The notes beneath the pieces are model-generated. The model saw only the letters and a program-made list of their open reading frames with translations, ran no database searches and was not told where the DNA came from. A DNA stretch of 64,000 nucleotides from Mobula hypostoma (Eukaryota). Position numbers and translations under genes: made by a program. Positions 12,119-25,283 of the stretch are shown piece after piece. The stretch lies in the NCBI RefSeq assembly GCF_963921235.1, contig NC_086107.1:95792001-95856000 (forward strand). Reading direction: 5' to 3'. Within the stretch, counting starts at the first letter, position 1, and each line of letters begins with the position of its first letter.

Positions 12119-15100
12119 ATCTAAAGACACATGTTGTATTAAAAGAACAGGCAGGTAGAGGGGTTGGTGTGGCTCTGTTGGGAAGAAACGAAATCAAATC
12201 CTTACATTGAGGTGACATAGATTGGAAGATGTAGAATCCTGTGGGTAGAGTTCAGAAACTGCAAGGATAAAATGACCCTGATGGGAAAATGATGCTGAGA
12301 GATAGTTATAGGGAACAACACAAATGGCAGACGAACTTAATCAGCATGTTGCATCAGCCTTTACTGTGGAAAACACTAGCGGTATGCTAGAAATTCAAAT
12401 GCATGTCAGGGGGCAGAAGTGAGTGTAGTTGCTATTATTAGGAGAAGGTACTTGGGAAGCTGAAAAGTCTGAAAGTAGTTAATTCACCTGGACTGGATGG
12501 ACTACATCCTAGGGCTAAAGAGATTATGAGGGCTTTAGTCATGATTAATAGTGTCTATGTTATCAGAAAGATACTGGCATGGAGAGGAGGTTGGCATTAG
12601 TGTCGTAAGGCTGAAGCCTTATAAGGCATTGGTCAGACTGCACTTGGAGTACTGTGAACAAGTTTGAGCCTCTTTTTGAAGAAAAGGCATGTTGGCATTG
12701 GAGATGGTCCATAGGATGTTCACAAGAATGATTCCGAGAATGGAAGTGATAACATATGAGGAGCGTTTGATGGCCCTGGGCGTGTGCTTGCTGGAGCTTA
12801 GAAGAATGCGGGGGATCTCACTGAACCTATTGCACAGTGAAAGGCCAAGATAGAGTGGATGTTTCCTATAGTGGGTGAGTCTGTGACCAGAGAGCAAAAC
12901 CTCAGAAAAGAGGGATGTCCATTTAGAACAGCGATGAAGGGGAATTTCTCTAGCCAGAGGGTGGTGAATAGGTAGAATTTGTTGCCATAGACAGCTGTGG
13001 AGGGCAAGTCATTGGGTATATTTAAAGAGTAGGTTGATAGGTTCTTGATTAGCCAGGGCATCAAAAGTTATGAGAAGGTATGAGAATGGAAATAATAAAT
13101 CAACCATGATGGAATGGTGGAGCAGACTCGTTGGGTCAACTGGCCTGATTCAGTTCCTGTATCTTAATGTCTTATGGCTGACTGGCAGGAGACAAAGAAT
13201 GGGAATAAAGGGTACCTTTTTTGGTTGGCTAGCGGTGACTAGGGGTGTTCTGCAGAGCAGGTGTTGGGACAGCTTCTTTTCATATTATATGTCAATGATT
13301 TGGATGATAGAATTGATGGCTTTGTGGTGAAGTTTGTGGACAATACAAAGGTAGGTAGAAGGGCAGGTAGTGTTGACGAAGCAGGGTCTCTGCAAAAGGA
13401 CTTAGACAAATTAGGAGAATGCACAACAAAGTGGCAGATGGAATCCAGTGTAGAGAAGTGTATGGTCATGCATTTTGATAGAAGGAATAAAGCAATAATT
13501 ATATTGTAAACAGGGAGAAAATTCAGAAATCAGAGGTGCAAAGGGACTTGAGAGTCTTCATGCAAGATCCCTTTAAGATTAACTTGCAGGTTGAGTCAGT
13601 GGTAAGAAAGGCAAGTATTAGCATTTATTTCTAGAACACGAGAATATAAAAGCAAGGATATAATCCTGAGACTTTACAAGACATTGTTCAGACCACACTT
13701 AGAGTATTGCAAGCAGTTTTGAGCCCCTTAGCTAAGAAAAGATGTGCAGGTATTGGGAAGGGTCCAGAGGAGGTTCATGAGAATGATCCTGGGATTGAAA
13801 GGGTCAACGCATGGGGAGCGTTTGATGGCTCTCGCCTGTACTTTCTGGAGTTTAGAAGAATGGTGGTGGTGGGGGGGGGGGTTGGAATCTCATTGAAAAT
13901 TAACAAATAGTGAAAGGTTGAGATACAGTGGAAGTGGAGAGAATGTTTCCTATAGTGGGGGTGTCGAGAACCAGAGAGCACAGCCTCAGAGTTGAAGGCA
14001 GTCCATTTAGAGCAGATATGTGGAGGAACTTCTTCAGCCAGAAGGTGGTGAAACTGTAGAATTCATTGACACAGATGGATGTGGAGGTCAAGTCTTTGGG
14101 TATATTTAAAGTGGAGGTTGATAGACTCTTGATTAGGAAGGGTGTCAAAGGTTACAAGGAGAGGGCAGGAGAATGGGGTTGAGAGGGATAATCAATCGGC
14201 CATGATGGGATGGTGGAGCAGACTCGATGGGCTGCATGGCCTAATTCTGCTCCTAGGCCTTCTGATCTTATGGTCTTGACAGAGGGCGCAACACTGGACC
14301 CCTCGCATGCAATGTGATTGGACAAGTGAATGAAGTGTCAGAGGGACCATAAGACAGAACAATTCAACACTGGAACAGGGACCTTGCCCCACAATGTTGT
14401 AGTGAAGTTTCTGCCTGCTCAATGTCCCACATCCCTCCATTCTCTGCAGTCTCAGTTATGTATCCCTGTGGATCACAGCTAGTCACCGACCTCTATCCAG
14501 AATATCCCATTGACCACACCCTGTCTTCTACAGACAAGACACTTCCAAGTCCAAACAGCCAAGTCACTGTAGATCCCATGCATGTTAATCTTCTAGATCA
14601 GCTTTCCATGCTGGACCTCGTCAAACACCTTACTAAATTCCATGTGAACAACATCCACAGCTCTACTTTCATCAATCAACTTTGAAAAATGTAATCACAC
14701 TAGGAAGATGTGACTTGCTCTACAGAAAACAAAAATATGCTGACTGTCCCTGATTAGGCCACAATTTTCCAAATGCTCATAAATCCTATCCACAAGAATC
14801 TTTTCCAATAGCTTCCATTCTGATGTGGGAGTCACTGTTCTATAGCTTCCAGGGTTATCCTCATTTCGCTCTGGGAATAATGGAACAACATTAGCTGCTC
14901 ATCGGTCCTTTGGGATGTCACATGTGACTGAAGAGAACATGAAGATCTTGGCCAAGGCCCCAGCAATCTCATCTCTTGCCTCTCTCAGGAGTATATCCCA
15001 TCAGGCCCTGGACACCTATCCACCTTAATGATCATCAAGAGACTCAACACAACTTCTTTCTTCATCTCAAAACACCTCATCATCCACATGCTTCAGATTG

Positions 15101-16261
15101 GCAAATCCTGATGCAAAGTATTTACTGATTTTGGACTTGGACCACATCTTCCACCCCCAAGCACATGTTCTCTCCATTATCCTGAGTGGTTCTATTTTCT
15201 CCCTATCCCCTTGTTCTTGATATCTGTATTGCAGAGAGCTGTAGACAGGGTCCAGTCTAACATGGAAACCAGCCTCCATTTCACAGAGTCTTCAGAATCA
15301 GAATCAGGTTTATAATCACCGGCATGTGACGTGAAATTTGTTAACTTAGCAGCAGCAATTCAATTCAATACATAATCTAGCAGAGAATAATAATAAAAAA
15401 ATAAATAAAGTCAATTACGTATATTGAATAGATTTCTAAAAGGAGCAAAAACAGGAATACTGTATAGTAAAAAGTGAGGTAGTGTCCAAAGATTCAACGT
15501 CCATTTAGGAATCTTTCAATACTTTATGTTCTAAAAGCAGCCAACATAATTGAAGATCCCTCACACCCGGGGCATTCTCCCTTCTTCCCCCCTTCCAATG
15601 GGCAAAAAACACAAAAACTTGAAAACACACTGCCAGACTCAAAGGCAACTTCTATCCCACTGTCATAAGACTTCTGAAATGACCTCTTATGAGAAATTCT
15701 TAATCTTTCAATCTTGTTGTGGCCCTTGCATCTTTATTGCCTGCCTGCGTTGCACTTTTCCTGTAACTGTAACACTTCATTTTGCATTCAATTACTGGCT
15801 ACCCTTGTGGCATTGGACGTACTGATGCGATGAAATGATCTGTATAGATGGCATGCAAAATGAACATTTTCACACTATCTTGGTACATGAACTAATAACT
15901 AATTACCAACTGATGTAAGACTGACTGGGCTGTATTCCATTCTTTATCATTTTGACACTGACTGTTTTCTAATCTGTTGAAACTGCTCCAGGAGTGAAAG
16001 AGAGAATTCTGCAAGACATTGCAGTGGCTCAGTACGTTATTACTGTTGTCTTATACTTACAGTTAGATGAATACGGTCCCAGTCTCCAGTTCTTTCTGAG
16101 TGGAGTTTGCACATTCTCCTGTGACCCTGCTCGGGTATTCCACTTTCTTCCCACGTCCCAAAAACAGGTGTTTGGTAGGTTAACACTACTGTACGTTACC
16201 CCTTGAGAAGGTGGCTGGAAGGAGAATCTGAAATAAGTTATAGAGAGAGAATAGGTTATAG

Positions 16262-16340
16262 CAGGGGTTCCCAACCTGGGGTCTACAGACTCCTTACTTA
16301 ATGGCATTGGTCCATGGCATAAAAAAGTTGGGAACTCCTG
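16262..16340. mobile_element. 79-bp hAT MITE
   Basis: TIRs CAGGGGTTCCCAAC / GTTGGGAACTCCTG; 8-bp TSD GGTTATAG/GGTTACAG. Confidence 0.8.
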
Positions 16341-19300
16341 GGTTACAGGGTAATTACCAAGGAACGGGATTAATCTGACAACTAGCTCAGACTTGTCCAA
16401 TCACTAGCCTAACCTTTTGAAATTCTCAGAGGCAGACGTACATTTGTAGGCATTTTGTCAGCCTCCAGTTTCATCTCCTTGCCCAGTTATTTTCCTCTCA
16501 TGACACCCATTTTCAGAGCCCTCATTCCCCTTTACCTTCTGGTTAACAGCTATTTTGGTTTGATTTCATTGCATTTTACTGCAGAGAATATCTGTAACTG
16601 TTTAGCTACAATTAAATCTTTTGAACTGCTCTCCAAATATCATTTATCCAACATCCCACAAACTAATTTCATTACTTAAGCTTAAGACTCACAAAAATGA
16701 TTTTCTATCCATATCTAATTTATAAAGGCTACAGCTTGTAATAGGGCATGGGACCCCCTTAAGCTGCATCACCTGGCTTATCCTCAGTGGTTGAAGGGTC
16801 ATGTCCAGAGAGCCCCTCACTTGGGAGTGCCTCATAATAGAAGACACGTTCTCCACGAACTGTCACACCTAGGTACAGGTTGCAAGGACCAGATCCTATT
16901 TTTCAGTACAAAATAACTTTATCCGAGTGTGGTAATCCAATCACAAACAAAAGAAAACCTGCAGATGTTGTAAATTCGAGCAACACACACAAAATACTGG
17001 AGGAAATCGGCAGACCAGGCAGCAACTAGGAAACTGAAGGATTTCGGCCCAAAACGTCAACTGTACTCTTTTCCTAGATGCTGCCTGGCCTGCCAAGTTC
17101 CTCCAGCATTTTATGTGTGTTTATCCAAGTCTGGGCTGGGCTGACACCAGTCAGCTGCCCAACTTGTTTATTGGCCCATCCATATGAACCAGGTGATATT
17201 TACCATTCACTTGATCTTGATAAATGAGACTGGACATTCAGTAGCTGGGTCAGAATAAATTGAGGAAGCAGCAGGACTTTCCTTGTGTCTCTTTATTGGG
17301 AACCAGTAACAATGATGGGAGCCTCAGGAAGTCTGGTTGTGTTACTGGTGATTGTTGCTTTGTGTAATTCTCAGCTTGTTGTAGGTAAGGTCCATTCAGT
17401 TCCTGGGTACAAATCCTGCTCTGATTATATGGTTTGTCAATCCTATTCTTCTTCACTTTAGTGATGGGTTAATTAAGAATTGAGCTGCATTGGTGTGTTG
17501 TGATTTGCAGGCTGGACTGGATAAGGATGTGAGATTGACTATAAAGCCCAACAATGGCCAGTATAATAGTAGAGCTGCTCCTCTGGGTTCAGCCACAATG
17601 TTCTGTATGTATGGGAAGTGGGCTAGTACAGTAAAACATTTTTACCAAATGTTAACCATTGTACAGTTTGGGCAACTCGCAGTGTGGAGCAATGAACTGA
17701 GCCTTGAACTTGAATGTGTGCACTCAAAAGCCTGCGCAAAAAGAGAGCTTCAAGGGTGTAGGAACCTCAATTGATTCACAGCACAATCAATTGACAGGCA
17801 TGCACAACCACTTGGTTTCATAGATTGGGCCTATACAAAAATGGGTCATCCATTCCATGCTTGTACCTGTGAACACTGATTCCCATTTCCCAGCACTTGT
17901 TTTTTAACTTTTCACTTAACTGCTCATTCAAGCTGCTTGGAAGATTAATTGGGCAGTTTAAATTGCCTCTTGTACATAGCAGCAGCAACTTGTGGCAAAA
18001 ATAGAGATGAGGTTATTTTTGGAAAAATTAGTAGAAGGTGTGGAGGGTTTTGTTCTGTGAGCAGACAAAGCCCTGGTGGGTGAACACCTCAGAAACTGAA
18101 CCAGGTAAGAATATTTTAAAGCAATCCTCTGACCTGATCTTGTAGCTGTAGTTTGTGAAAACTCCCTACTGGAGAACTCTGTAGGTAAAGCAGCTTTTTT
18201 GGGGGGGTGACGGGGAAGATATCCAAGAGAAAAGGGTGGAACAAGGGCCAGTAGGTGATGGGAGGGCCGATTAACAGTGAGAGGATGACAGTAGGTGTGG
18301 GTAAGAGGATGGAGAAAGGGTGACAAGTGGGGGCAGAGTTTAAGGTAGGTGATGATCAGGAAAAATTCTGGCTAATGTGAGCAGGTGGAACAAGATGGAG
18401 AGGGAGATTCAGTGGATAAACTGAGTAGATGGTACTGTAAGGGGAGGGCTGGAAGAGTATGAGAGAGCAGGATTGGGAGAAATTGGAGCACAGTGTAGGT
18501 TACCTGAAGTAGGAAAATTGCAGTGTTCATGTTGTTGGGTTGTAAGTTACTTGGGTAGAATGAGGTTTTCCCGTGGCTTGTTTAGCCTCTCCAAGGTGGA
18601 AGACCGATAGATTAATATGGGAAGGAGACTGAACGGCCACGTGAACAGCTCAAAATGTCCATTATGGACAAAGCACAGGTGCTCCACAAACCAATCTCCC
18701 AGTGTGCTTGGTCCTTACAAATGCCACAAGGCCACATTGTGAGTATTGGAGGAGGCCCCTGGATGCAGAAAAGAGAGAAGATGTAGGGAGAAGTTGCAAG
18801 TGGAAGTGCTGTTGTCAAGGAGGTTCAGTGGGGAGGGCTGAGTGGACCAGGAAATCAGTGGTCACTGCAGAAGGTGCAGATGGGTGGGGAAGGGGAGGAT
18901 ACGGTGGATTTTGTTGTCTTCACCCCTCCTGCAAGTAGTGGTGGTTCGACCAACAGATCAGGGTAGCTGTCCCCAGCTGAGCTGCTGTTCTGTGGTGATG
19001 CTTCCAGGATGTTGATGGTGGAAGATTTGATAATGAGAATCACATTGAATGTCGGCGATTGATGAGAAGACTCCGGAGATGGTCATTGATGGGTAATTCT
19101 GTGCTGTCAGTGTTAAATGCTAGTTATCAATGCCTGAATGTTGCCTAGAGTTTAAAGTACATAGGTGTCTACTGCTTCACTTGTATCTCCCTAGTGTAAA
19201 TATCTGGTCCAAGTGTTCTGGGACTGTTTGCAATCTCTCAATCCCACCCTGAAACTTCAGTCTAGTGACTGGAAATTCCAGCTTGTTATTAGTGCAACAC

Positions 19301-21128
19301 TGCTTTGACATGAGCGCTGTGCTCTCCCCCAGACTACAACATTGTGCCTTACAGTGGAGACTTGTCATGCTTGTAACTGTGGTGTGGTTACGTCCTGCCT
19401 ACTGCCTGTTTGAAACATGGACTGCTCAGACACCTGACTGGATGGTCAGTCCTCATTCTTCAACATCCATTGTGGTTGATATTTTGAGAGAAGGTGAGAC
19501 TTTGCTGATCTTGAAGCATTTGTATTGGTAATGGGCCTGGATTGCAGAGCAATGTTTGACTTGAAGGATCGTATTAATGAAATCCCATCTCTCTGCTTTC
19601 TTCAGTGGACAATGGCACTTTTGTCCTGCCCCATAAATATCCAGAGCCTCATTGCAATTACTTCTCTGAACCACCAGTGGCCGCCTATCAAATGGGGCCC
19701 AGGATTGTTTGCAAGAATGGCCCCTGCATTGAGAAGGTATTGCCAGGGCAGGCTTTCAAGTAAGTGTTGCAAGTCAGAAGAATATTCCCCTTGCTCAACA
19801 AATGTTGGCCAAGTCTTTTGCTAGGCAAAATAATCTGAAATAACTTGTTTTAGTCACTAATTAGACTTTCTTGACCATATTGAATCTTGCATTTTTTTTC
19901 ACATTTGTATTTCGAGGATATAATGATTGAGGAGATCCAGTAACCTGTTAATTCTTAGAGTTAATAAGTGGATATCCAAGATGGAGATCTAATGGCCGCC
20001 TTCACTTCTTGCCTTCTCAGAATTCTCTATGTACTTCTGGATGTATCTGGAAAATCCCTGATTATGACACAGTGGTCTGACTCCATCCTGACAAGATGTG
20101 AGGAAATCTTTCTACAAACTAATTTTGAATGGCTGCTAAAGTGGGAGATTGTTTTTGTAGCCTGACAGAGGACTGAAGGGCTAACTTCTGCACTAAATTG
20201 CCTAGCCATTCTCTGCTGCCAGGGTTGTATGCCATTAATGGAAAACAGTTGATGTTTTGGGCTGAGACCCTTCATCAGGATTCAAAGTCTAGATGAATGG
20301 TCTCGGCCTGAAATGTCAACTGTGTACTTTTTTCCCCTCCATAGATGCTGAGTTCTTCCTTTTGTGTGTGTATGTTGCTTAGATTTCTAGCATCTGCAGA
20401 TTTTCTTGCGTTGTATACCATTTATCAGCCAATGACCTGATGTCTATGGCTTAAAAGTTCATTTCACTGTGCACTGATCCTTAAGGTAGCTTGGGTGGAA
20501 AAGCTGCTGAAGGCAAACATCCCATACCTTTGACTGTAGCTGTAAATAAGAGCAAGTACGGTTTAACCAGGCCGAGATGTTTTGTGATGGTGTAGGGAAG
20601 ATTTATCAGACTGTAGCTATGAATGGGGACTTTAGGCTGGGCTAGGGAGAGGAGACTAAGGAATGCAAAATTTGAAGGAAATTGATCATGTAGAAAACAC
20701 TTTTTTTTTCTTGTACCTTCCCCTACAAGAGCATACATTTGAGTGGTAGGTAGTTTAGAGGGGATCTGACAGGGAATATTTACTTAGAGACACAGAACAG
20801 ACCCTTATGGACCAATGAGCCACAACACCCAGAAACCCTGCTATTCAACACGAGCCTAATCACATGACAATCTCCACAATGGCCAATCAGTACAGCTTTG
20901 GACTGTAGGAGGAAGTCGCAGCACCCGGAGTAAACCCGCATGGTCATGAGAAGAACATGCAAACTCCTTACAGATGTCACCAAAATTGAACTCTGAACTC
21001 TGGAATGCCCTCATCTATGCTACAATGGATGGCCAGGAAAGCACTGCCTGAGATGGGGGTGGAGGCAGAAACAACACAAGCTCTTGAATTATAAGGTAGA
21101 GAAGGTGGATAAACAGGATCAGTATGGA

Positions 21129-21780
21129 GAAACACAAAATGCTGGAGTAACTCGGCAGGTCGGTCAAAATGTATGGAAGGAATAAACAGTTGACACTGGT
21201 GGGGAGAATACAAGCTGGATAAAGGTAGGTGAAACTATGAGGGGAGGGGGGGATGAAGTAAGAAGCTGGGACATGATAGTTGGAAGAAGTAAAGAACTAA
21301 AGTAAAGGAGTGGACCAAGGGAAAAAGGGACACCATGGGGAGGTGATGAGCAAGTGGAAAGGCAGGTTAGAGGAAAACCTGAATGAGGAATAGAAAAGGG
21401 GGAGAGGAATGAAATTACAGGAAGTTGGGAATCTATGTTAATACCATCAGGTTGAAGGCTAACCAGACAATGAGGTGTTGCTCCTCCGATCTGAAAGTGG
21501 CCTCATTGTGACCGTAGAGGAGGCCAAGTACTGACATGTCAGAACGGGAAGCAGAATTAAAATGTTTGGCCCCCACTCACCCACCTTCCCCTCAACCTGG
21601 CTTCACCTGCCAGCTCGTACTCTTTCCCCCACCTTATTCTTGATCCTTTCCCCTTCCTTTCCAGTCCTCGTAAAGAGCCTTGGCATGAAACATTGACTGT
21701 TTCTTCCTTCCCAAAGATGCTGCCTGACCTGCTGAGTTCCTCCAGCATTTTGTATGTGTTGATCAACATTTCCAGCACGT
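21129..21780. mobile_element. Degenerate Penelope-like inverted pair
   Basis: Minus-orientation 3' fragment joined near 21570 to a plus-orientation 3' fragment. Confidence 0.7.
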
Positions 21781-21890
21781 CTTGTACTTGTGTTCAGTAC
21801 GGATGAGATCACATGTGCCTGAAGGGTTTACTTCTGTGCTGTACTAATTCTAAACTGCATGTTGTAGCCTCATGAAATTGCGGCACTTAC

Positions 21891-22078
21891 CTAAACTACA
21901 TCTCTTACAGGTGACCATCTGAGCTACCTCTATCAATATGTGGGATGCTGGACTGCGATCTTCCAACGATTGTGATCACTGTGCTCTTGCCAGTTGCCCT
22001 CTTCAACTTGATTGTTGGATTTGCTGCCACCGTAGTTGCTGGTTGGAAATGAAATTTCTTGTCAGTGGTCTTAATGTT
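21891..22078 (-). ncRNA. Putative exon of a minus-strand, probably non-coding transcript
   Basis: Unique sequence bounded by a strong acceptor (TTTTTTCTTTAG|) and a consensus donor (TAG|GTAAGT) on the minus strand; stops in all three frames. Confidence 0.45.
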
Positions 22079-23955
22079 CTAAAGAAAAAATAAAGCACTG
22101 GATTATAACAATTAATACTAGAAACCACTGGTTGCATGTAGCAAGCTTCTATCAGAAAGCAATTTCAAGCTGTTGGATTTTATTGCCACTGGTGCAAGGC
22201 CATTACTAATTGTGCCACTGGACATTCCTCACTCAGCTACTCCAATCTGTGAAGCTGTTTCCAGTCCGGGAGTAGCAATATTCATACACATACCACCTTC
22301 TGTTTGAGAGGGGAAAACTTGCATTTGGGCTTTAAATCTTCACCTATCAAAAAGCAACTATCTAGATTGCTTCTTTCCAGCCTATGCCACCTTCCACTGG
22401 GCAGATTTAAAAGCTTAAAAATGCACCATCAGGCTCAAGGACAGCTTTTACCCCATTATACGACTCCCGAACAGACCTCTTGTACAATTTTAAAACTTTC
22501 CCTCAAACTTCCTTGTCATTGACCCTTGCACTTTGCCTGCCTGTGCTGCATTTAACACTATATTCAGCATTGATATTGCTTTACTCTTGCTCTGGTTTGC
22601 AATTCTGCTTGGATGCTTACAAAAGTTTTTCCACTCTCTCAGTACAACATTCCAATTCCCTTTCTGAACTTCTGAGTCCAGCAGATATTCTTGTCTAAAC
22701 TGGCTTTGCACTTAAAACTTTACCACAGAACCCTTTGAAGAGTTGACCTTGCAGCTTTCCTTCCTGGCATTGAGTAGTGATGTTGTTCTTTCTTTGGGCA
22801 CTGTCCCTCAGATGTACAGCTATTTGTCACATCAAGTCAATGTTGGCTTTCTTTGTCCATCTATACTATTCCCATCATATCTTCCTGCCGCTGTAATAGT
22901 GATGGTTCGTCTCATCCTTAGTTACCACCCCATCACCCTCCACATCCAACACATCATCTCCACAGCTTCTGCCATCTTCAAAAGGATCCTACCATCAAAC
23001 GTGTCTTTACCTTACCCCTCCCCACTGCTTTCCCCAGGGGTTGCTCCTTCCGTGATTCCCTTGTCTATTTGTCTCTTCCCACTAATCTCCTTCCAGGCAC
23101 TTATCTCTGCAAACAAAAGAAAATCTGCAGATGCTGGAATTTCAAGCAACACACATAAAAATTGCCGGGGAATGCAGCAGGCCAGGCAGCATCTATAGGA
23201 AGAAGTACAGTCAACGTTTTGGGCCGAGACCCTTTGTCAGGACTAACCGAAAAAAGAGATAGTAAGAGATTTGAAGGTGGCAATGGCAAACAGTTTCTGT
23301 AGAGAAAATTGCCAAAAATAATCATGGTCAAGACCATGATTGCCCATGTCATATGACATGGCACATAATGATGATGAATTTTCTTTGGTGGGGAGGAGAG
23401 GAAACAGAAGAGAGGAGCAGGATGCCTTTCATCTTTTATTTTAAAAGGTCTCCCCTACCCCCTTTGCTCCAAGGAAAAGTCTCTCTCATAACTAATCCAA
23501 GATACCATCCTGGCGAGTTTTCTTTACACTCTCCCCTGTTCAGCATACCCACCTGACATTCTCTTTCTTCTCTCCTCCTCCCTCCCCCCCCCTTTACTCT
23601 AAGATACTTGACCACTCTTTCCTTGCAACCAAACATACTGGGCCCCTAATAAAAATGATTATGTAATGGGGCCTCGTTTGTACACATCTCACTGGAACAT
23701 CATTGAACACATTGTTACTTTAGCAACATAATGGTTCCAGCCACCCGCAATAATTCAGGCAAAGGTATCTGCTCGCTTTCTGCTTCCGCTCACCCATGGT
23801 GCTGGCACTTGCTGTCATCCAGCTTATGGTACAACAGTTTAGTAGTTCCCCTCCCACTGGACCAAAGGTGGCTGAGGGGTTACCTTATAGCGCTGTATAA
23901 ACTTATGAGGGGTACAGATAGGCTGTACCATTCACCCTTTCCCCCGGAGTAAGGT

Positions 23956-24200
23956 GAGAGGGAGGGAGGGAGGGAGGGAGAGAGGGAGGGAGGGAGGGAG
24001 GGAGAGAGGGAGGGAGGGAGGGAGGGAGGGAGGGAGGGAGGGAGAGGGGGAGAGGGAGGGAGAGGGAGGGAGGGAGAGAGGGAGAGAGGGAGAGAGGGAG
24101 AGAGGGAGAGAGGGAGAGAGGGAGAGAGGGAGAGAGGGAGAGAGGGAGAGAGGGAGAGAGGGAGAGAGGGAGAGAGGGAGAGAGGGAGAGAGGGAGAGAT
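23956..24200. repeat. (GGGA)n/(GAGAGGGA)n polypurine microsatellite
   Basis: Directly visible ~245-nt pure G/A tract. Confidence 0.97.
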
Positions 24201-24599
24201 AGATATTTAAAGGGCAGCTGTGGGCGTATGGAGCCAGCGGCCAGAGGAAGTGGCGGGGCGGGTATCTGAGGCAGTTGGACGTGTGCATGGATTAAAAGGG
24301 ATTTGGGCCAAACACAGGCAAATGGCTCCAGTCCATGCCTACCTGAGGGAGTGGGTCAGGTAGGTCCTGTTTCCGTGCTATATAACCCCGACCATGACTG
24401 AAATGGTTAAAACATCAGCGATTCTCTCCTACGCTATGATTCCCTCTCATTGGTCCTGTCCAATTTCTCACCTCTTTTGACAGCATCTTTCCACATGTAC
24501 TCGCCCAACTCTTTCCACACACATTCATTGCTCCTAAAAATTTGCCCAACACCCCCAAAAAATTGCATATTAATGTTAAAAGAACATTTCTTTCCCATC

Positions 24600-24930
24600 C
24601 CCGTCCGGGACCCGCCACGTCTCCCTCTGTCCCGGAAAGCAGCTACCGGTTGAAGAACGAAGGGAACCGAACCCTCAACCATCCCATTCCGTTCGCGCCC
24701 TTATATAAATATACCGGAAATACACGCCGCCGCAGCCTCGGGCTTTATGACGTAATTATCTGCCAATCACAGTAGGCACATGTTGCCCTTCTCGTGCTTC
24801 TGATTGGATGAACGTTCGCATCGGACCGCTGATTGGTTGTGCAAACCCTGACAGCGGCGATGATATAGGACAACTGATTGTTCTCGGAATTTAAGGCGTC
24901 ATCCGTCCCCCCGCCGACCCGCACCCCATC
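24600..24930. promoter_or_regulatory. CpG-rich, probably bidirectional promoter upstream of GYS1
   Basis: Local CpG enrichment; TTATATAAATATA 24701-24713; ETS-like CCGGAA 24714; CRE/ATF-like TGACGTAA 24748-24755; CCAAT 24763, ATTGG 24803 and 24832; 350-700 nt upstream of the GYS1 ATG. Confidence 0.75.
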
Positions 24931-25283
24931 CCATCCAGAGAGAATACCTACCGGTATCTGCCATCTCCCCCCTGGCCACAGACAACACCTGTCGGGACCT
25001 GTCATCTCTTCCCAGGCCAAAGAAAACACTCATCCATCCCTCTCCAAGCCAGAGATAGCGTTGACCAAGAGTTAATATCTTTCCCCAGCTACTGAACAAT
25101 ATTGGCATTTGTCAGAAGCAATGGTCTAATCTTGGTCAGGAGTTAGTACCTCTCCCGATGTATTGAATAACATTCACCGGAGCTCGTCCCTGGCCGTAGT
25201 ACAATTTTGGGTTTACATGAAGTGAGGACAGCGTGCAAATCCGAGACTGCTCCTCCTCCCCTCCCATTCCGTTGTGATGCATC

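Larger units (their letters stand above)
11400..14280 (+). mobile_element. Cluster of degraded CR1 LINE fragments
   Basis: LFILYVNDLD...KFVDNTKVG...LQKDLDKL...WQM; two CR1 3' ends in tandem. Confidence 0.85.

Noticed and set aside
22808..22880. C/D-box-like ATGATGG...CTGA on the minus strand
   Set aside because: Imperfect C box, no terminal stem, no recognisable rRNA or snRNA guide.
23932..24288. Low-complexity ORFs (REGE/SLPL repeats)
   Set aside because: Translations of the GA microsatellite.
24630..24680. Ferritin-type iron-responsive element (FTL neighbours GYS1 in human)
   Set aside because: No CAGUGN loop or stem and no ferritin coding sequence.
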